In this document: piece by piece, positions 11,370-21,672 of the stretch
Numbering within the stretch: the stretch's first letter is position 1
Layout of the letters: every line of letters starts with the position of its first letter
NCBI GenBank assembly: GCA_963712115.1
Contig: CAVQGX010000042.1
Span: 96,001 to 160,000, forward strand
Length of the DNA: 64,000 nt
Direction: 5' to 3'
DNA from: an uncultured delta proteobacterium
Lineage (GTDB): Bacteria > Desulfobacterota > Syntrophobacteria > BM002
Notes under the pieces: generated by a model
Told to the model about the DNA's origin: nothing
Databases searched by the model: none
What the model saw: the letters and a program-made list of their open reading frames with translations, nothing else
Program-made: the position numbers and the translations under genes

Positions 11370-11467
11370 TTAACTCTCACTCCCAGACGAAGTCTAATCA
11401 CTCCGTTTCAGATTGATAGTAAAAGCCCGGCTAATTTTACTTGCTCGGCCGAGTCGACAGATCTAAC

Positions 11468-11848
11468 TCAATCGGCAGATTCACCCAAGTAACTTGCACA
11501 GGCATCCTGAGACTCCCAGGCGGTCACCCGTCTAATCCGCACTCGGTCATTATCGATCTTCTCTTGGAGCCTATGGAAAATATAACGGGCAATGTTTTCC
11601 GAAGATGGATTGTTCTCCATAAAAAAAGGCAAATCATTAAGATATCGGTGATCAATCTCAGACATGATTTCACTGGTGGCGGCCTTGACTTCTGCAAAGT
11701 CGAGCACTACCCCACTGTCGTCCAGATTCTTGCCGCTGAGCACAACCTCCACTTTCCAGTTGTGCCCGTGAAGGGCTTCACATTTGCCACGGAAGTTTCT
11801 TAAATTATGTGCAGCAGAGAATTCTGTTATTATCTTGAGCTCATACAT
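11468..11848 (-). CDS. queD: 6-carboxy-5,6,7,8-tetrahydropterin synthase
   Basis: FSAAH, CEALHGHNW, DHRYLN, PSSENIA and WES motifs. Confidence 0.95.
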   Translation of the reverse strand: MYELKIITEFSAAHNLRNFRGKCEALHGHNWKVEVVLSGKNLDDSGVVLDFAEVKAATSEIMSEIDHRYLNDLPFFMENNPSSENIARYIFHRLQEKIDNDRVRIRRVTAWESQDACASYLGESAD

Positions 11849-11892
11849 CTAATTCCTCAATTACCAAATGGTTTGATCCATTCAATATTAAC

Positions 11893-12052
11893 TAGTGTCC
11901 AGCCGGAAACCAAAGATTTCCGGCTGGAGCTGTCAGTGTTCAGCAGTCAGCATTCAGCTTAAATTGTTGGAGTTATATTATATTTAGCTGAAAGCTAAAC
12001 GCTGATCGCTGATGGCGCGAGTCCGAAAAATGTTGTTTTCGGATGAGTACTA
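11893..12052 (+). mobile_element. MITE-like element, copy 1 (160 bp)
   Basis: Imperfect terminal inverted repeats TAGTGTCCAGCCGGAAA / TTTTCGGATGAGTACTA with TA at both ends; colinear reverse-orientation copy at 53301-53445. Confidence 0.75.
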
Positions 12053-12138
12053 ACTAGCCGGCAACTATGTTCCCTCTCCCTTAGTCCTGAGGGGTTCGAG
12101 TGAGTCTCAGCCTAAATATAAATAGATGGCTCGAAGGA

Positions 12139-12432
12139 TTAATCTATCTCCGGTTCACCTGTGTACGGTTTGCCGCATTCTTTGCAGCGGCCATCATCTC
12201 CGATCACCCCAATACAAGTACCGTCGCTGCACAGCTTCCTGCTGTCAAAATCAATTGTACCCTCATCGTCACCTTCAACCGCAGCATCCGCCAACTCTGC
12301 ATCAGGCTCATCGGCAGTCCCACTCACTTTTTGACCACACCAGCAGCAATACTGGCTGTCTTCGGGTAGCGATCGCTCACATGCCGGACATGTGGCCTCC
12401 CCTAGTGATTCACCGCAGTGTGGGCACTTCAA
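12139..12432 (-). CDS. Multi-zinc-ribbon protein
   Basis: CPHC, CPAC, CCWC, C-x4-C and CKEC motifs; GGGAGG RBS before TTG. Confidence 0.8.
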   Translation of the reverse strand: MKCPHCGESLGEATCPACERSLPEDSQYCCWCGQKVSGTADEPDAELADAAVEGDDEGTIDFDSRKLCSDGTCIGVIGDDGRCKECGKPYTGEPEID

Positions 12433-12519
12433 GGCACTTTCCTCCCTATCGATGAACGGCTAAGCCAGTGGATATTTAAATTACAACTTCCTGGCTAACG
12501 ACATATTCACAATCACATT

Positions 12520-12557
12520 CTCAAATCCGCAATCCGCAATCCGCAATCCGCAATCTG
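12520..12557 (+). repeat. AATCCGC heptamer tandem array
   Basis: About 4.5 units; the same motif occurs at 21633-21660, 57876-57896 and 60448-60465. Confidence 0.85.
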
Positions 12558-12630
12558 AGCATGCCTTTGAGAGTCGACCTCTTGTAACTTAATCTCTGGT
12601 GTTTGTCAACGCAACAGGGGCGCTGGAACA

Positions 12631-12982
12631 GTCCCGTCCGTTGTCCGTCGTCAGTGGTCCGTTGTATTTATGCGCAAAGCGCATAGAGCATAGCGCAGAG
12701 CGTACAGGGCCATGCGCACTAAGCACTATGCAAAGCGGGACGACCCGGGGACCCGCCCGCCTCGCCTGAAGGCGAAGCCGATGGCGGGCAGGCGCGAAGA
12801 AACGGCGAGACGGCGATGCGAGGTGAGAAGTCAGAGGACGGAAGTCGGAGGTCAGAGGACAGAGGGCTTCGGATTTTGGATTCTTAATTTCGAATTGCCA
12901 AATTTGAACCCTATGCTCCATGCCCTATGCCCCATGCCTTCTATGCAACGGACGACGGACTACTGACCACTGACCAAGGACG
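12631..12982. repeat. Nested (Russian-doll) palindromic repeat complex
   Basis: Outer GTCCGTT/CAACGGAC-type arms enclose GCATAGA/CTATGCC arms, which enclose a GC hairpin plus 8-mer and TCAGAGG arrays. Confidence 0.85.
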
Positions 12983-13076
12983 TCTCCTGACTAGGGGAAA
13001 ACCCATGGTCTGCTGAGATTTCCTTCCTTCGCGGTACAATTCTCTCTGCCATTGTGCCGGCCTTCGGTTTTTTCTG

Positions 13077-13106
13077 TTGACAACGGAGTCACTGTTGAGT
13101 ATGAAT
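13077..13106 (+). promoter_or_regulatory. Putative sigma70 promoter for the tRNA gene
   Basis: Perfect TTGACA at 13077-13082, 17-bp spacer, TATGAA(T); 13 bp upstream of the tRNA. Confidence 0.55.
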
Positions 13107-13118
13107 CCCCTACGTTCT

Positions 13119-13195
13119 GGCGGTGTAGCTCAGCAGGTCAGAGCATGCGGCTCATATCCGCAGTGTCCGGGGTTCAAGTCCCTGCACCGCCACCA
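13119..13195 (+). tRNA. tRNA-Met(CAT), elongator type
   Basis: Acceptor stem GGCGGTG/CACCGCC, D arm, anticodon arm TGCGG-CTCATAT-CCGCA, GGTTCAAGTCC T arm, encoded CCA. Paired G1-C72 argues against initiator; tRNA-Ile2 not fully excluded. Confidence 0.93.
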
Positions 13196-13230
13196 AACAA
13201 GATAACGATATCAGCGAGTAAGCTGATTAT

Positions 13231-13279
13231 GAGGGAACAAGCTGCCGGTTGTACCTTGGCAATTGTTCCCTCTATTTTT
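13231..13279 (+). terminator. Intrinsic terminator after the tRNA
   Basis: gagggaacaa...ttgttccctc stem followed by tattttt. Confidence 0.6.
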
Positions 13280-13537
13280 GGCTCCCAAGAAGAGCAAAAA
13301 AAATCTAAAACGACAATCCAATACTAATGCTAAATACTCATAATCACTACTTAAAATTAGAGCTAATCGATCGGTTACAAAAGAACATCAGATGGGTATG
13401 AATTCATAGTCGGAATCATTTCTCTTAAAATTCTATGATTTTTTTCCTTGAAATATTCAGAATTATCCTGTATTTACTAAAATAGTCCAGCCAGATAGGG
13501 AATTCGCTTAGGTAACTTGAGGAGGGGGGAGTCATCT

Positions 13538-13822
13538 ATGACTTTAACGAAGGCGCATATTGTAGAGAGTCTGTTTGCAAGGAATATTTTCACCAAGAGC
13601 GAGTGCGCAGAGATTGTCGAAACCCTCTTCGAGATAGTCAAGAAGACATTGGAGGAGGGCGAAGACGTTCTCATCAGCGGCTTCGGCAAATTCAGTGTGA
13701 AGGACAAGAATCAGCGGCGCGGTCGTAACCCCCAGACCGGCAACCCCATTATGCTCTCACCGCGCAAGGTAGTCACCTTTAAGTGCTCCGGTGTTCTACG
13801 ACAAGCAATTAACAGCCGCTAA
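13538..13822 (+). CDS. ihfA: Integration host factor alpha-like (HU/IHF family)
   Basis: LTKAHI start, ISGFGKF, GRNPQTG and RKVVTFKCS motifs; strong RBS. Confidence 0.85.
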   Translation: MTLTKAHIVESLFARNIFTKSECAEIVETLFEIVKKTLEEGEDVLISGFGKFSVKDKNQRRGRNPQTGNPIMLSPRKVVTFKCSGVLRQAINSR

Positions 13823-13934
13823 GCTTGTGTCTCTTCTTGTGAACAGGAGAATAGTTGCTCTACCTGTATTATCTCTCTATTCTCCAGTGTGGGATGATTT
13901 TTTTCCTTCGGTTGCTCCTGCGCTAGCCTCTAAG

Positions 13935-14420
13935 TTAGGAACGTAGGGTGGCAACCAGCCGAGCCGGTTTCAGTAAGAGGTCTAGCGCCTCCTCTGCGCT
14001 TGCCACTAAAATATCGCTCGCCAGCAGGGCCTGTAAAGAGGTCCCTTCCCCTTGCATAACGCAAATCCCGAGGCGTGCCTTGCGAAGCATTAGTGCGTCA
14101 TTGGCACCATTTCCAAAAGCAACTGTCTGCGAGGCCCCCAGTTTCTCTAAGATCTCACCTTTTTGCTCTGCCTCTTTTCCGGCCTCTATCCGTGCAATCT
14201 CGAGTCCCCCGCAATCCTCCGCCAGATGGGCAGCAGTACCATGGGTATCAGCCGTAACCAGATAAATGGCAAGCAGGTCCTGCAAAAGCCGCAGTTTCTC
14301 TTTGACTGCCCCTGGCAAGATCCCGTCAGTTGCCAGGGTTCCGTTCAAATCAAACAGAGCCTGCCGCAAGCGCAGTTCCCCCCACCCAGGTATTTCAAGG
14401 TTCAGACCCCTATTTTCCAT
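13935..14420 (-). CDS. HAD-superfamily hydrolase (soluble P-type-ATPase-like)
   Basis: DLNGT, TADT and GNGAND motifs; GGAGGAG RBS before ATG at 14420. Confidence 0.85.
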   Translation of the reverse strand: MENRGLNLEIPGWGELRLRQALFDLNGTLATDGILPGAVKEKLRLLQDLLAIYLVTADTHGTAAHLAEDCGGLEIARIEAGKEAEQKGEILEKLGASQTVAFGNGANDALMLRKARLGICVMQGEGTSLQALLASDILVASAEEALDLLLKPARLVATLRS

Positions 14421-14492
14421 CCTGGTTTGCTCCTCCTTCCCCACCCACATTCGAAATACCAAAACGGTTATTAACTAAGCTCTGCAAAAATC

Positions 14493-14610
14493 TCCTCTCC
14501 CCTTGGAAACACTGTCACAATTGGCTGAACCCGTCATTCCGGACGAGTCCGCCGACGGCGGGCTTGGCCGGTATGACGAATTGCGACACAGTTTCTTGAG
14601 GGGAGAGGGA
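14493..14610. repeat. Four-layer nested palindrome (REP-like)
   Basis: cctctcccc/ggggagagg encloses gaaacactgtcacaatt/aattgcgacacagtttc, which encloses cgtcattccgg/ccggtatgacg, which encloses ccgcc-gac-ggcgg. Confidence 0.8.
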
Positions 14611-14683
14611 AAATCTAATTATCCTGCGGAGCCAAGTAAACAAACATTTTCCCTTTTGACCGCAGGGACGACCTCATATTGCT

Positions 14684-14732
14684 AATAAAAAAGGCCCACA
14701 GGGAGCGACTTTCGCATCCGTACGGGCCTTTA
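14684..14732 (-). terminator. Intrinsic terminator of ppdK
   Basis: aaggccc...gggcctt stem followed by a T-run on the minus strand. Confidence 0.6.
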
Positions 14733-14755
14733 GGATAAAATGTGTTCCAGCCCCC

Positions 14756-17494
14756 TTAAGGGTTTCTCAAAGCCGCTTGGGCTGCGGCCAACCGTGCAAT
14801 TGGCACCCGGAAGGGTGAGCAGCTAACGTAGTCGAGGCCGACCCGGTGGCAAAAGTCGATGGAGGTGGGTTCACCGCCATGCTCGCCACATATACCCACT
14901 TTAAGGTCTGGTCTGGTGGATCGTCCCAGCCGAACACCCATATCCACCAACTGGCCGACGCCGGTCTGATCGAGCTTTTCGAAGGGGTCGTCCGGCCAGA
15001 TATCGCCTTCAAGATATGGATAAAGAAACTTCCCTGAGTCGTCTCTGCTTATGCCGTAAACGGTCTGAGTAAGATCGTTGGTGCCGTAGGAGAAGAACTC
15101 CGCCTCCTGGGCTATGGCGTCGGCTGTGAGCGCCGCCCGCGGTATCTCGATCATGGTGCCCACACTGAACTCCACTTCGATGCCCTGCTCGGCAAAAACC
15201 TCTTCAGCGGCCTTGAGTACCACCTTCTTTTGGTGCTTCAGTTCCTCCACCCCACTGATTAAGGGGATCATGATCTCTGGAAGGACCTTCACCCCCTCTT
15301 TGGCCGCGATGCAGGCCGCTTCCAAAATGGCCTTGGCCTGCATTGCTGTGATCTCCGGATAGACTATACCCAGACGACAGCCCCTGTGTCCCAGCATGGG
15401 ATTGGCCTCAGCCAGGGATTCCACCCGAGCCTCCACTTCTTGCACCGGGATGGAAAGCGACTTTGCCAGGTCGGCTATGCCCGCTTCGTCGTGGGGCAGG
15501 AACTCGTGCAGGGGCGGGTCCAGAGTACGGATTGTCACAGGCTTGCCGTTCATCACTCTAAATATGCCGAGAAAGTCCTCCCTTTGCATGGGCAGGAGTT
15601 TGGTCAGGGCCTTTTCTCTATCCTCCTTGGTGTCGGCGAGAATCATCTCGCGCATGGAAGTAATGCGATCCTCCATGAAGAACATGTGCTCAGTGCGGGT
15701 CAATCCTATGCCCTCGGCGCCAAAGGCAATGGCAACTTCGCACTGTTCCGGTTCGTCGGCATTGGTTCTTATGCCAAGCCTGCGCACCTCATCGGCCCAG
15801 GTGAGAAGCTTGCCGAAAGCCTGGCAGATGGCGGAGTCCATTGGATCCAGGCTGCACTCGATTACCGCCCTGTATATCTCTGAGGGGTAAGTGGGTATTT
15901 GCCCGATGATCACCTGGCCCTCAGTGCCGTCCAGAGAGATCCAATCGCCTTCCTTGACCACCTGTTTCCCGTCCACCGACATCTTTCGGTCTCTGTAGCT
16001 GATGTCCAGAGCTCCGCAGCCAGCCACGCAAACCTTGCCCATCTGGCGAGCCACCAAAGCAGCGTGGGATGTCATCCCGCCCCTGGCCGTGAGTATCCCT
16101 TGGGCGGCGTCCATACCGCGGATGTCGTCAGGTGAGGTCTCCCAGCGTACCAGAATTACCTTTTCGCCCCGTTCCGCCCACTCAACGGCGTCTTCAGCGT
16201 TGAAGACCACCTTTCCCGAAGCTGCACCGGGACCCGCATTGAGGCCTACGGCCAAGAGTTTACCTCCATCGATTATTTTATTCTTCTCGGCGGGATTGAA
16301 GGTGGGCTGTAAGAGCTGGTTGAGCTGATCGGGCTCCACCCGCATGAGAGCCTCCTCTTTCGAGATGAGGCCCGCCTCCGCCATTTCCACCGCAATCCTC
16401 ACCGAGGCGACTCCCGTGCGTTTCCCGGAGCGGGTCTGGAGCATCCAGAGCTTTCCCTTCTGGATGGTGAACTCGATGTCCTGCATCTCCCGGTAGTGAG
16501 AGTCCAGCTTCTTTCTTATGGAGTCCAGCTCATCATATATATCAGGCATTTCCTCTTCCAGGGACAGAGCGTCGCGGTCACCCTTCTGGACCTTGTTGAT
16601 GGGCTGGGGGGTCCTGGTACCTGCCACCACGTCCTCGCCCTGGGCGTTCATTAAATATTCGCCGTAGAAGGTATTGTCACCGGTGGCCGGATTGCGGGTG
16701 AAGGCCACGCCGGTGCCCGAGTCATCCCCCAGATTTCCAAATACCATGGCCTGAACATTTACCGCGGTGCCCATGTCATCGGGTATGTTGTTCAGCTCCC
16801 GGTAAGCCACGGCCCTGGGGATGTCCCAGGAGTAAAACACAGCACCGATACCCCCCCAGAGTTGCTCCCTGGGGTCCTGGGGAAATTCCACACCCAGCCT
16901 GCTCTTGATGGCCTCCTTGTAGCGTTCGGTCAGCTCTTTGAGGTCGTCCGCTGACAGCTCCAGGTCCAATTCCACCCCGGCCTTTTTCTTGAGCTCTTCC
17001 AGAATCTCCTCAAAGGGATCGATGTCGTCCCTGGACTCTGGTTTGAGGCCCATGACCACATCCCCGTACATGCCAATTAACCGCCGGTAGCTGTCATAGA
17101 CAAACCGAGGGTTTTTTGTCTGCTCGACCAGGCCGGCTACGGTCTCGTCGTTTAGGCCCAGGTTAAGGACGGTGTCCATCATCCCCGGCATACTGATGGC
17201 CGCGCCGGAGCGCACGCTCATTAGCAGCGGTTTATTAGGATCGCCGAACTTCAACCCCAGTACACTCTCCATCCTGGCCACAGCCTCATCCACCTCTGCC
17301 TGAATCTCCGCCGGGTATCTTTGGGGATCTTTGTAGAACGCACAGACATCGGTGCTGATGGTGAAACCGGGCGGCACTGGGATTCCCATGTTGGTCATCT
17401 CGGCCAGGTTTGCACCCTTACCCCCAAGTAAGGCCTTCATCTCTTTGGTCCCGTCAGCCTTGCCTTCTCCGAAAAAGTAGACGTACTTTGCCAT
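14756..17494 (-). CDS. ppdK: Pyruvate, phosphate dikinase
   Basis: [24 protein letters not shown] (phospho-His), RTEHM and GICGEHGG motifs. Confidence 0.99.
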   Translation of the reverse strand: MAKYVYFFGEGKADGTKEMKALLGGKGANLAEMTNMGIPVPPGFTISTDVCAFYKDPQRYPAEIQAEVDEAVARMESVLGLKFGDPNKPLLMSVRSGAAISMPGMMDTVLNLGLNDETVAGLVEQTKNPRFVYDSYRRLIGMYGDVVMGLKPESRDDIDPFEEILEELKKKAGVELDLELSADDLKELTERYKEAIKSRLGVEFPQDPREQLWGGIGAVFYSWDIPRAVAYRELNNIPDDMGTAVNVQAMVFGNLGDDSGTGVAFTRNPATGDNTFYGEYLMNAQGEDVVAGTRTPQPINKVQKGDRDALSLEEEMPDIYDELDSIRKKLDSHYREMQDIEFTIQKGKLWMLQTRSGKRTGVASVRIAVEMAEAGLISKEEALMRVEPDQLNQLLQPTFNPAEKNKIIDGGKLLAVGLNAGPGAASGKVVFNAEDAVEWAERGEKVILVRWETSPDDIRGMDAAQGILTARGGMTSHAALVARQMGKVCVAGCGALDISYRDRKMSVDGKQVVKEGDWISLDGTEGQVIIGQIPTYPSEIYRAVIECSLDPMDSAICQAFGKLLTWADEVRRLGIRTNADEPEQCEVAIAFGAEGIGLTRTEHMFFMEDRITSMREMILADTKEDREKALTKLLPMQREDFLGIFRVMNGKPVTIRTLDPPLHEFLPHDEAGIADLAKSLSIPVQEVEARVESLAEANPMLGHRGCRLGIVYPEITAMQAKAILEAACIAAKEGVKVLPEIMIPLISGVEELKHQKKVVLKAAEEVFAEQGIEVEFSVGTMIEIPRAALTADAIAQEAEFFSYGTNDLTQTVYGISRDDSGKFLYPYLEGDIWPDDPFEKLDQTGVGQLVDMGVRLGRSTRPDLKVGICGEHGGEPTSIDFCHRVGLDYVSCSPFRVPIARLAAAQAALRNP

Positions 17495-17710
17495 AGTTTT
17501 TCTCCCTTGCTGAAAGAAAGACCTCGACTATGCCTGATGGAAAAACTATGAAACCAGTCCACAGCCTGTCATGGAAGGGGGGTGGACAAGAGCCGGTCCT
17601 TAAAACTGGACCGACGGCATTGATCCAACCAGGCTATCCAGAATTATAGAAGGTGATATGATTGGAGTGGTGACCTCTAATTGCAGGTCTGACTCCCAAG
17701 TGACGGCGCT

Positions 17711-17739
17711 ACTATGCCACAATGGCTATACACTGTCAA
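17711..17739 (-). promoter_or_regulatory. Putative sigma70 promoter for ppdK
   Basis: Minus strand TTGACA-17bp-CATAGT with an upstream TG. Confidence 0.5.
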
Positions 17740-17882
17740 TCACTCTGACGATCCCCAGGAGAGAGGAAATGCAGGACTTGCCACTCCGCCTCGAACCGAG
17801 GTTGGCGTCTGCTTGCCAGTCATGAAAAAAGAGGCTACACTGATGTGAACTTTGGGCTAGCCCCCAACTGGAATGGTGGAAA

Positions 17883-18761
17883 TTGAAGCCTACTCCTATG
17901 GACGCACTACAGTATTTATCTGAACCCCAGCTTAATGACCCGGTTCTGCTAGCCGGCTTTGGCGGTTGGGGCAATGCTGGCGAGGTGGCCACCAGCACTG
18001 TGGACTTTATGGTCAACAGCTTGGAAGCAGAGCAGTTGGCCAGTCTAGAGTCCGATGATTTTTATCTCTTCTCTGTCAATCGACCTTTGGTAAACATCGC
18101 CAACGGGCATTTGAAAAGTTTGGATCTCCCCAGAAGCCGATTCTATTTTTCGACAAATTCACCAGGTGCAGATGTGATTCTATTTATCGGTCCCGAGCCA
18201 CAGTTATGCTGGCATCAATACATAGAAGCATTCATGCAACTCTGCCACCGCTTCGGCGTAAGGACCTTAATCACCCTGGGAGGTCTTCACGACGAAGTGC
18301 TTCACAACGAGACCAAGATCTCCGCTGCAGGTGCATCCATGGATGACGTCCAGAGACTTCGCCAACTTAGAGAACCTGTGGAACTCATAGATTATGTGGG
18401 CCCTAGCGCCATCCACTCCTTATTCCTTGCCAAAGCGCAAGAACAGAAGATGGAGTCAATCAGCCTGTGGGCGCACGCCGCCTCTTACTTGCAGGGCACA
18501 AATTACAGGCTCTGCAGTGGACTGATAAAACGACTTAACCTCCTCCTAGAGTTGGAGGTGGACACCACCGAATTGGACCTATCATGGAAGCTGGTTGAAG
18601 ATCACATTGATGGGTTGATCAAAAAGAATGAGCAGCTGAAGCAATATGTGGAAGAGCTGAAAAGACGGGAGAAGCGCGGCAGTTTCACCCCCCGGCCCTC
18701 CTCCCCTGCCAAAGTCATCCGGTTGGATGATTTTTTGAAGCAGGACAAGTCAGAGAAGTGA
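17883..18761 (+). CDS. PAC2-family (proteasome-assembly-chaperone-like) protein
   Basis: GFGGWGNAGEVA, GPEPQLCW and LGG motifs; C-terminal coiled coil. Confidence 0.85.
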   Translation: MKPTPMDALQYLSEPQLNDPVLLAGFGGWGNAGEVATSTVDFMVNSLEAEQLASLESDDFYLFSVNRPLVNIANGHLKSLDLPRSRFYFSTNSPGADVILFIGPEPQLCWHQYIEAFMQLCHRFGVRTLITLGGLHDEVLHNETKISAAGASMDDVQRLRQLREPVELIDYVGPSAIHSLFLAKAQEQKMESISLWAHAASYLQGTNYRLCSGLIKRLNLLLELEVDTTELDLSWKLVEDHIDGLIKKNEQLKQYVEELKRREKRGSFTPRPSSPAKVIRLDDFLKQDKSEK

Positions 18762-18928
18762 CAGGTTTCATCGGAGATGGGATGTAGCATCTCAATGCTG
18801 GCTTCGTCCTGAACTTTCAGCACATAAATTGCATAACTCCTTGAATCTATGACTGTTATTGTGATATAAGCGGTCAATCTTCTAGCGGAAAAGGTCTCTG
18901 TAGTGCACAATTAACCAAGAATGAAATT

Positions 18929-20230
18929 ATGATTACCCGCTATACCCGTCCAGTAATGGGTCGCATCTGGGAGCAGGAAAACCTTTATCGTCAGTGGTTG
19001 AGGGTGGAACTAGCTGCAGTAGACGCTATGGCCCAGTTGGGACAGATACCTGCTCAAGCGGCCCAGGAGATTGCTCAAAAGGCAGACTTCGATGTGGATC
19101 GTATCGACGAAATTGAGCGTGAGACAAAACACGACGTCATTGCCTTTCTTACCTGTGTGGCGGAATATGTTGGAGACTCCGCCCGCTACATCCATCTTGG
19201 ACTGACCTCCTCGGACATTTTGGATACCAGTCTCGCTCTGCTGCTCAGGCAAGCAGCAGAAATATTGCTCGATGATATTCAGGCATTGCTCGAAGTTCTG
19301 AAGCGACGGGCTTACGAGCATCGTCACACTGTAATGATTGGCCGCTCCCACGGAGTACACGCTGAGCCGATCACCTTTGGGCTCAAATTGGCACTCTGGC
19401 ACGCGGAGATGGACCGCAATAGAGAGAGGTTGCTCCGAGCCCAGGAGAACATCAGTGTAGGCAAAGTGTCGGGAGCAGTTGGGACCTATGCAAATGTAGA
19501 TCCTAGGGTTGAAAAACTTGCCTGTGTCCAGTTGGGATTGCAGCCAGCATCCATTTCCACCCAGATCATCCAACGAGATCGTCACGCCGAGTATTTCTCT
19601 ACTTTGGCTATTATTGCCAGCAGCATCGAAAAAATCGCCATCGAAATTCGCCATCTGCAGCGCACAGAGGTTCGCGAGGTAGAAGAGTATTTTTCCGAAG
19701 GCCAAAAGGGCTCTTCAGCGATGCCACATAAACGAAATCCAATTGGCAGTGAAAATCTGTCCGGACTTGCGCGGTTAGTCCGTGCCAATGCAGTGGCAGC
19801 CATGGAAAACGTTCCTCTTTGGCACGAACGGGACATCAGCCATTCCTCCGTTGAGCGGGTTATTGCCCCTGATAGTAATATTGTGCTCGACTTTATGCTC
19901 CACCGCCTCACCAACATGCTTGACCGGTTAGTTGTTTATCAAGACAAAATGAGGGCGAATCTGGAGAGCACTGGGGGATTATTTTTCTCGCAGCGCGTGC
20001 TGCTGGCTTTGACTGAGAAAGGTGTAGACCGGGACGAAGCCTATCGTCTGACCCAGCGAAATGCCATGGCTGTTTGGAATGAAGGCTCCACCTTCAAAGA
20101 CCGTCTGGCAGCCGATCCTGAAGTCATGGCGCACCTGCGCCCAGATCAATTGGAAGAATTATTCGACCTAAACTATTACCTGAAACACGTTGATACCATT
20201 TTCTCTCAGGTCTTTGGGGGAGGGGATTGA
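18929..20230 (+). CDS. purB: Adenylosuccinate lyase
   Basis: MITRY start; HLGLTSSD, GRSHG and GSSAMPHKRNP signature. Confidence 0.98.
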   Translation: MITRYTRPVMGRIWEQENLYRQWLRVELAAVDAMAQLGQIPAQAAQEIAQKADFDVDRIDEIERETKHDVIAFLTCVAEYVGDSARYIHLGLTSSDILDTSLALLLRQAAEILLDDIQALLEVLKRRAYEHRHTVMIGRSHGVHAEPITFGLKLALWHAEMDRNRERLLRAQENISVGKVSGAVGTYANVDPRVEKLACVQLGLQPASISTQIIQRDRHAEYFSTLAIIASSIEKIAIEIRHLQRTEVREVEEYFSEGQKGSSAMPHKRNPIGSENLSGLARLVRANAVAAMENVPLWHERDISHSSVERVIAPDSNIVLDFMLHRLTNMLDRLVVYQDKMRANLESTGGLFFSQRVLLALTEKGVDRDEAYRLTQRNAMAVWNEGSTFKDRLAADPEVMAHLRPDQLEELFDLNYYLKHVDTIFSQVFGGGD

Positions 20231-20275
20231 AGAAATCCCTGAAATTGATATCTCATTCGACTAGACGGCAATGAT

Positions 20276-21607
20276 ATGCACATGATAAGGGGACGGGCAA
20301 CTCCCTCGAGATCTACAAGACTTACCTTGCTGGTTTCAACCCTGCTGCTCTTAAGCACACCTGTCACCAGTAATTGTGCCAAACTACCAGCCAATTTGCT
20401 TATCTCTCCCAAGGCCGATCCACACCACGTTATTCTGGTGGAAAAGGCTTCTCAGCGACTCTTCGTTTATGAGTTTGCCGGGGACTATAATCTTGTGGCC
20501 ACCTTCAAATGCGCCACAGGTGAGAGCCCTGGGGACAAACAGCTGAGTGGTGATCAGAAAACTCCTGAAGGCGTATACTTCTTTACTAGGGCCGTGGGGG
20601 AGAGGTACCTCACCGCCACTTATGGAGCCAGGGCCTTTCCCATGAATTATCCTAACCTCCTGGATCGAAAAATGAACAAGGGGGGTAATAACATCTGGGT
20701 CCATGGCACCAACGAAGAGCTAAAAGAACGCAGTACCAATGGCTGCATTGTCCTTGCCAATGGAGACGTGGTCGAGCTGGAAAAGTACATCAGACTCTGG
20801 GACACCCCTATTATTATTGAAAAAGAACTGAAGTATGAAGAGCGAGACAACCTGCTCCGCCAGGGCCAGTTACTGCTTGACAGGGTTGAGGGCTGGAGCC
20901 AAGCTTGGTCACAAAAGGATCTGGATCGCTATCTTTCCTACTATGCCTCAGATTTCACTTGGGGAAATCTGGACCTCCAGGGCTGGAGAAATAGAAAAGC
21001 CCAGTTAAACAATCGCTATAAAATAATTTCTGCCCAGTTCAGTGATATTCGCTTCTTCCGTCACGGAAAGGTGGTTCTGGCCTTAGCTGAGCAAATATAT
21101 CGGTCAGATCGATTTGCCTCCGCCGGCCTCAAGCAACTGTATTTGGTTCAGAATTCGGAGGAGTGGCGTATTCTGGGTGAGGACTGGAGAAAATCAGGTC
21201 GTCGAGCGGTTCCTCCTATAAAACTGGCAGCTAAGCCTCCTGCTGACAGAGATAGTGAGAAAGGATCCGTTTCCCTTTTTGTAGAGGATTGGCGGCGTGC
21301 CTGGGAAGAGGGCACTCTTTCCAGATACTTAGCCTGTTATCATCCTCGATTCAAAACGGGGGATATGGATTTGAGAGGCTGGAAGGGATATAAGGAGCAG
21401 CTTTTTCATCGCTCCCAGGACCGTGTCATTCAGTTGACCGACATCAAATGGGAGGTGAATGGCAACAGGGCAGTGGTGGTCTGCAAGCAAGAATATCGTT
21501 CCGACATCCATCAGGACTTTGGCCTTAAAACTCTTCATCTTCTCTGGCACGGCGGCCAATGGACCATCTTAAGGGAAACCTGGCAACCTTTGACTGAGGA
21601 AGGATGA
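20276..21607 (+). CDS. L,D-transpeptidase (YkuD) with two C-terminal NTF2/SnoaL-like repeats
   Basis: Signal peptide; GDQKTPEGVY and HGT...STNGC motifs; duplicated W..AW...YLS/A.Y domains. Confidence 0.88.
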   Translation: MHMIRGRATPSRSTRLTLLVSTLLLLSTPVTSNCAKLPANLLISPKADPHHVILVEKASQRLFVYEFAGDYNLVATFKCATGESPGDKQLSGDQKTPEGVYFFTRAVGERYLTATYGARAFPMNYPNLLDRKMNKGGNNIWVHGTNEELKERSTNGCIVLANGDVVELEKYIRLWDTPIIIEKELKYEERDNLLRQGQLLLDRVEGWSQAWSQKDLDRYLSYYASDFTWGNLDLQGWRNRKAQLNNRYKIISAQFSDIRFFRHGKVVLALAEQIYRSDRFASAGLKQLYLVQNSEEWRILGEDWRKSGRRAVPPIKLAAKPPADRDSEKGSVSLFVEDWRRAWEEGTLSRYLACYHPRFKTGDMDLRGWKGYKEQLFHRSQDRVIQLTDIKWEVNGNRAVVVCKQEYRSDIHQDFGLKTLHLLWHGGQWTILRETWQPLTEEG

Positions 21608-21672
21608 GACCCCGCCCTGGCAGACCCTTTTTTCCGCAATCCGCAATCCGCAATCTCAAATGAGGAGAACAT

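Noticed and set aside
12589-12966. ORFs 12589-12921 and 12712-12966 (also 24434-24640, 45909-46136, 57737-58155, 59139-59460, 60352-60534, 61759-61989)
   Set aside because: They are translations of the tandem arrays (SEVRDQR, FRHFRH, NPQS) with no protein-like features.
13052-13327. 91-aa ORF over the tRNA
   Set aside because: It overlaps a clear tRNA gene and is spurious.
13196-13500. Integrated element at the tRNA-Met 3' end
   Set aside because: A short AT-rich stretch follows, but no integrase or duplicated tRNA 3' end was seen.
19010-19705. Long antisense ORFs (e.g., 19010-19705, 32699-33403, 15386-15890)
   Set aside because: They are shadows of conserved genes (purB, hypD, ppdK) with no recognisable motifs.
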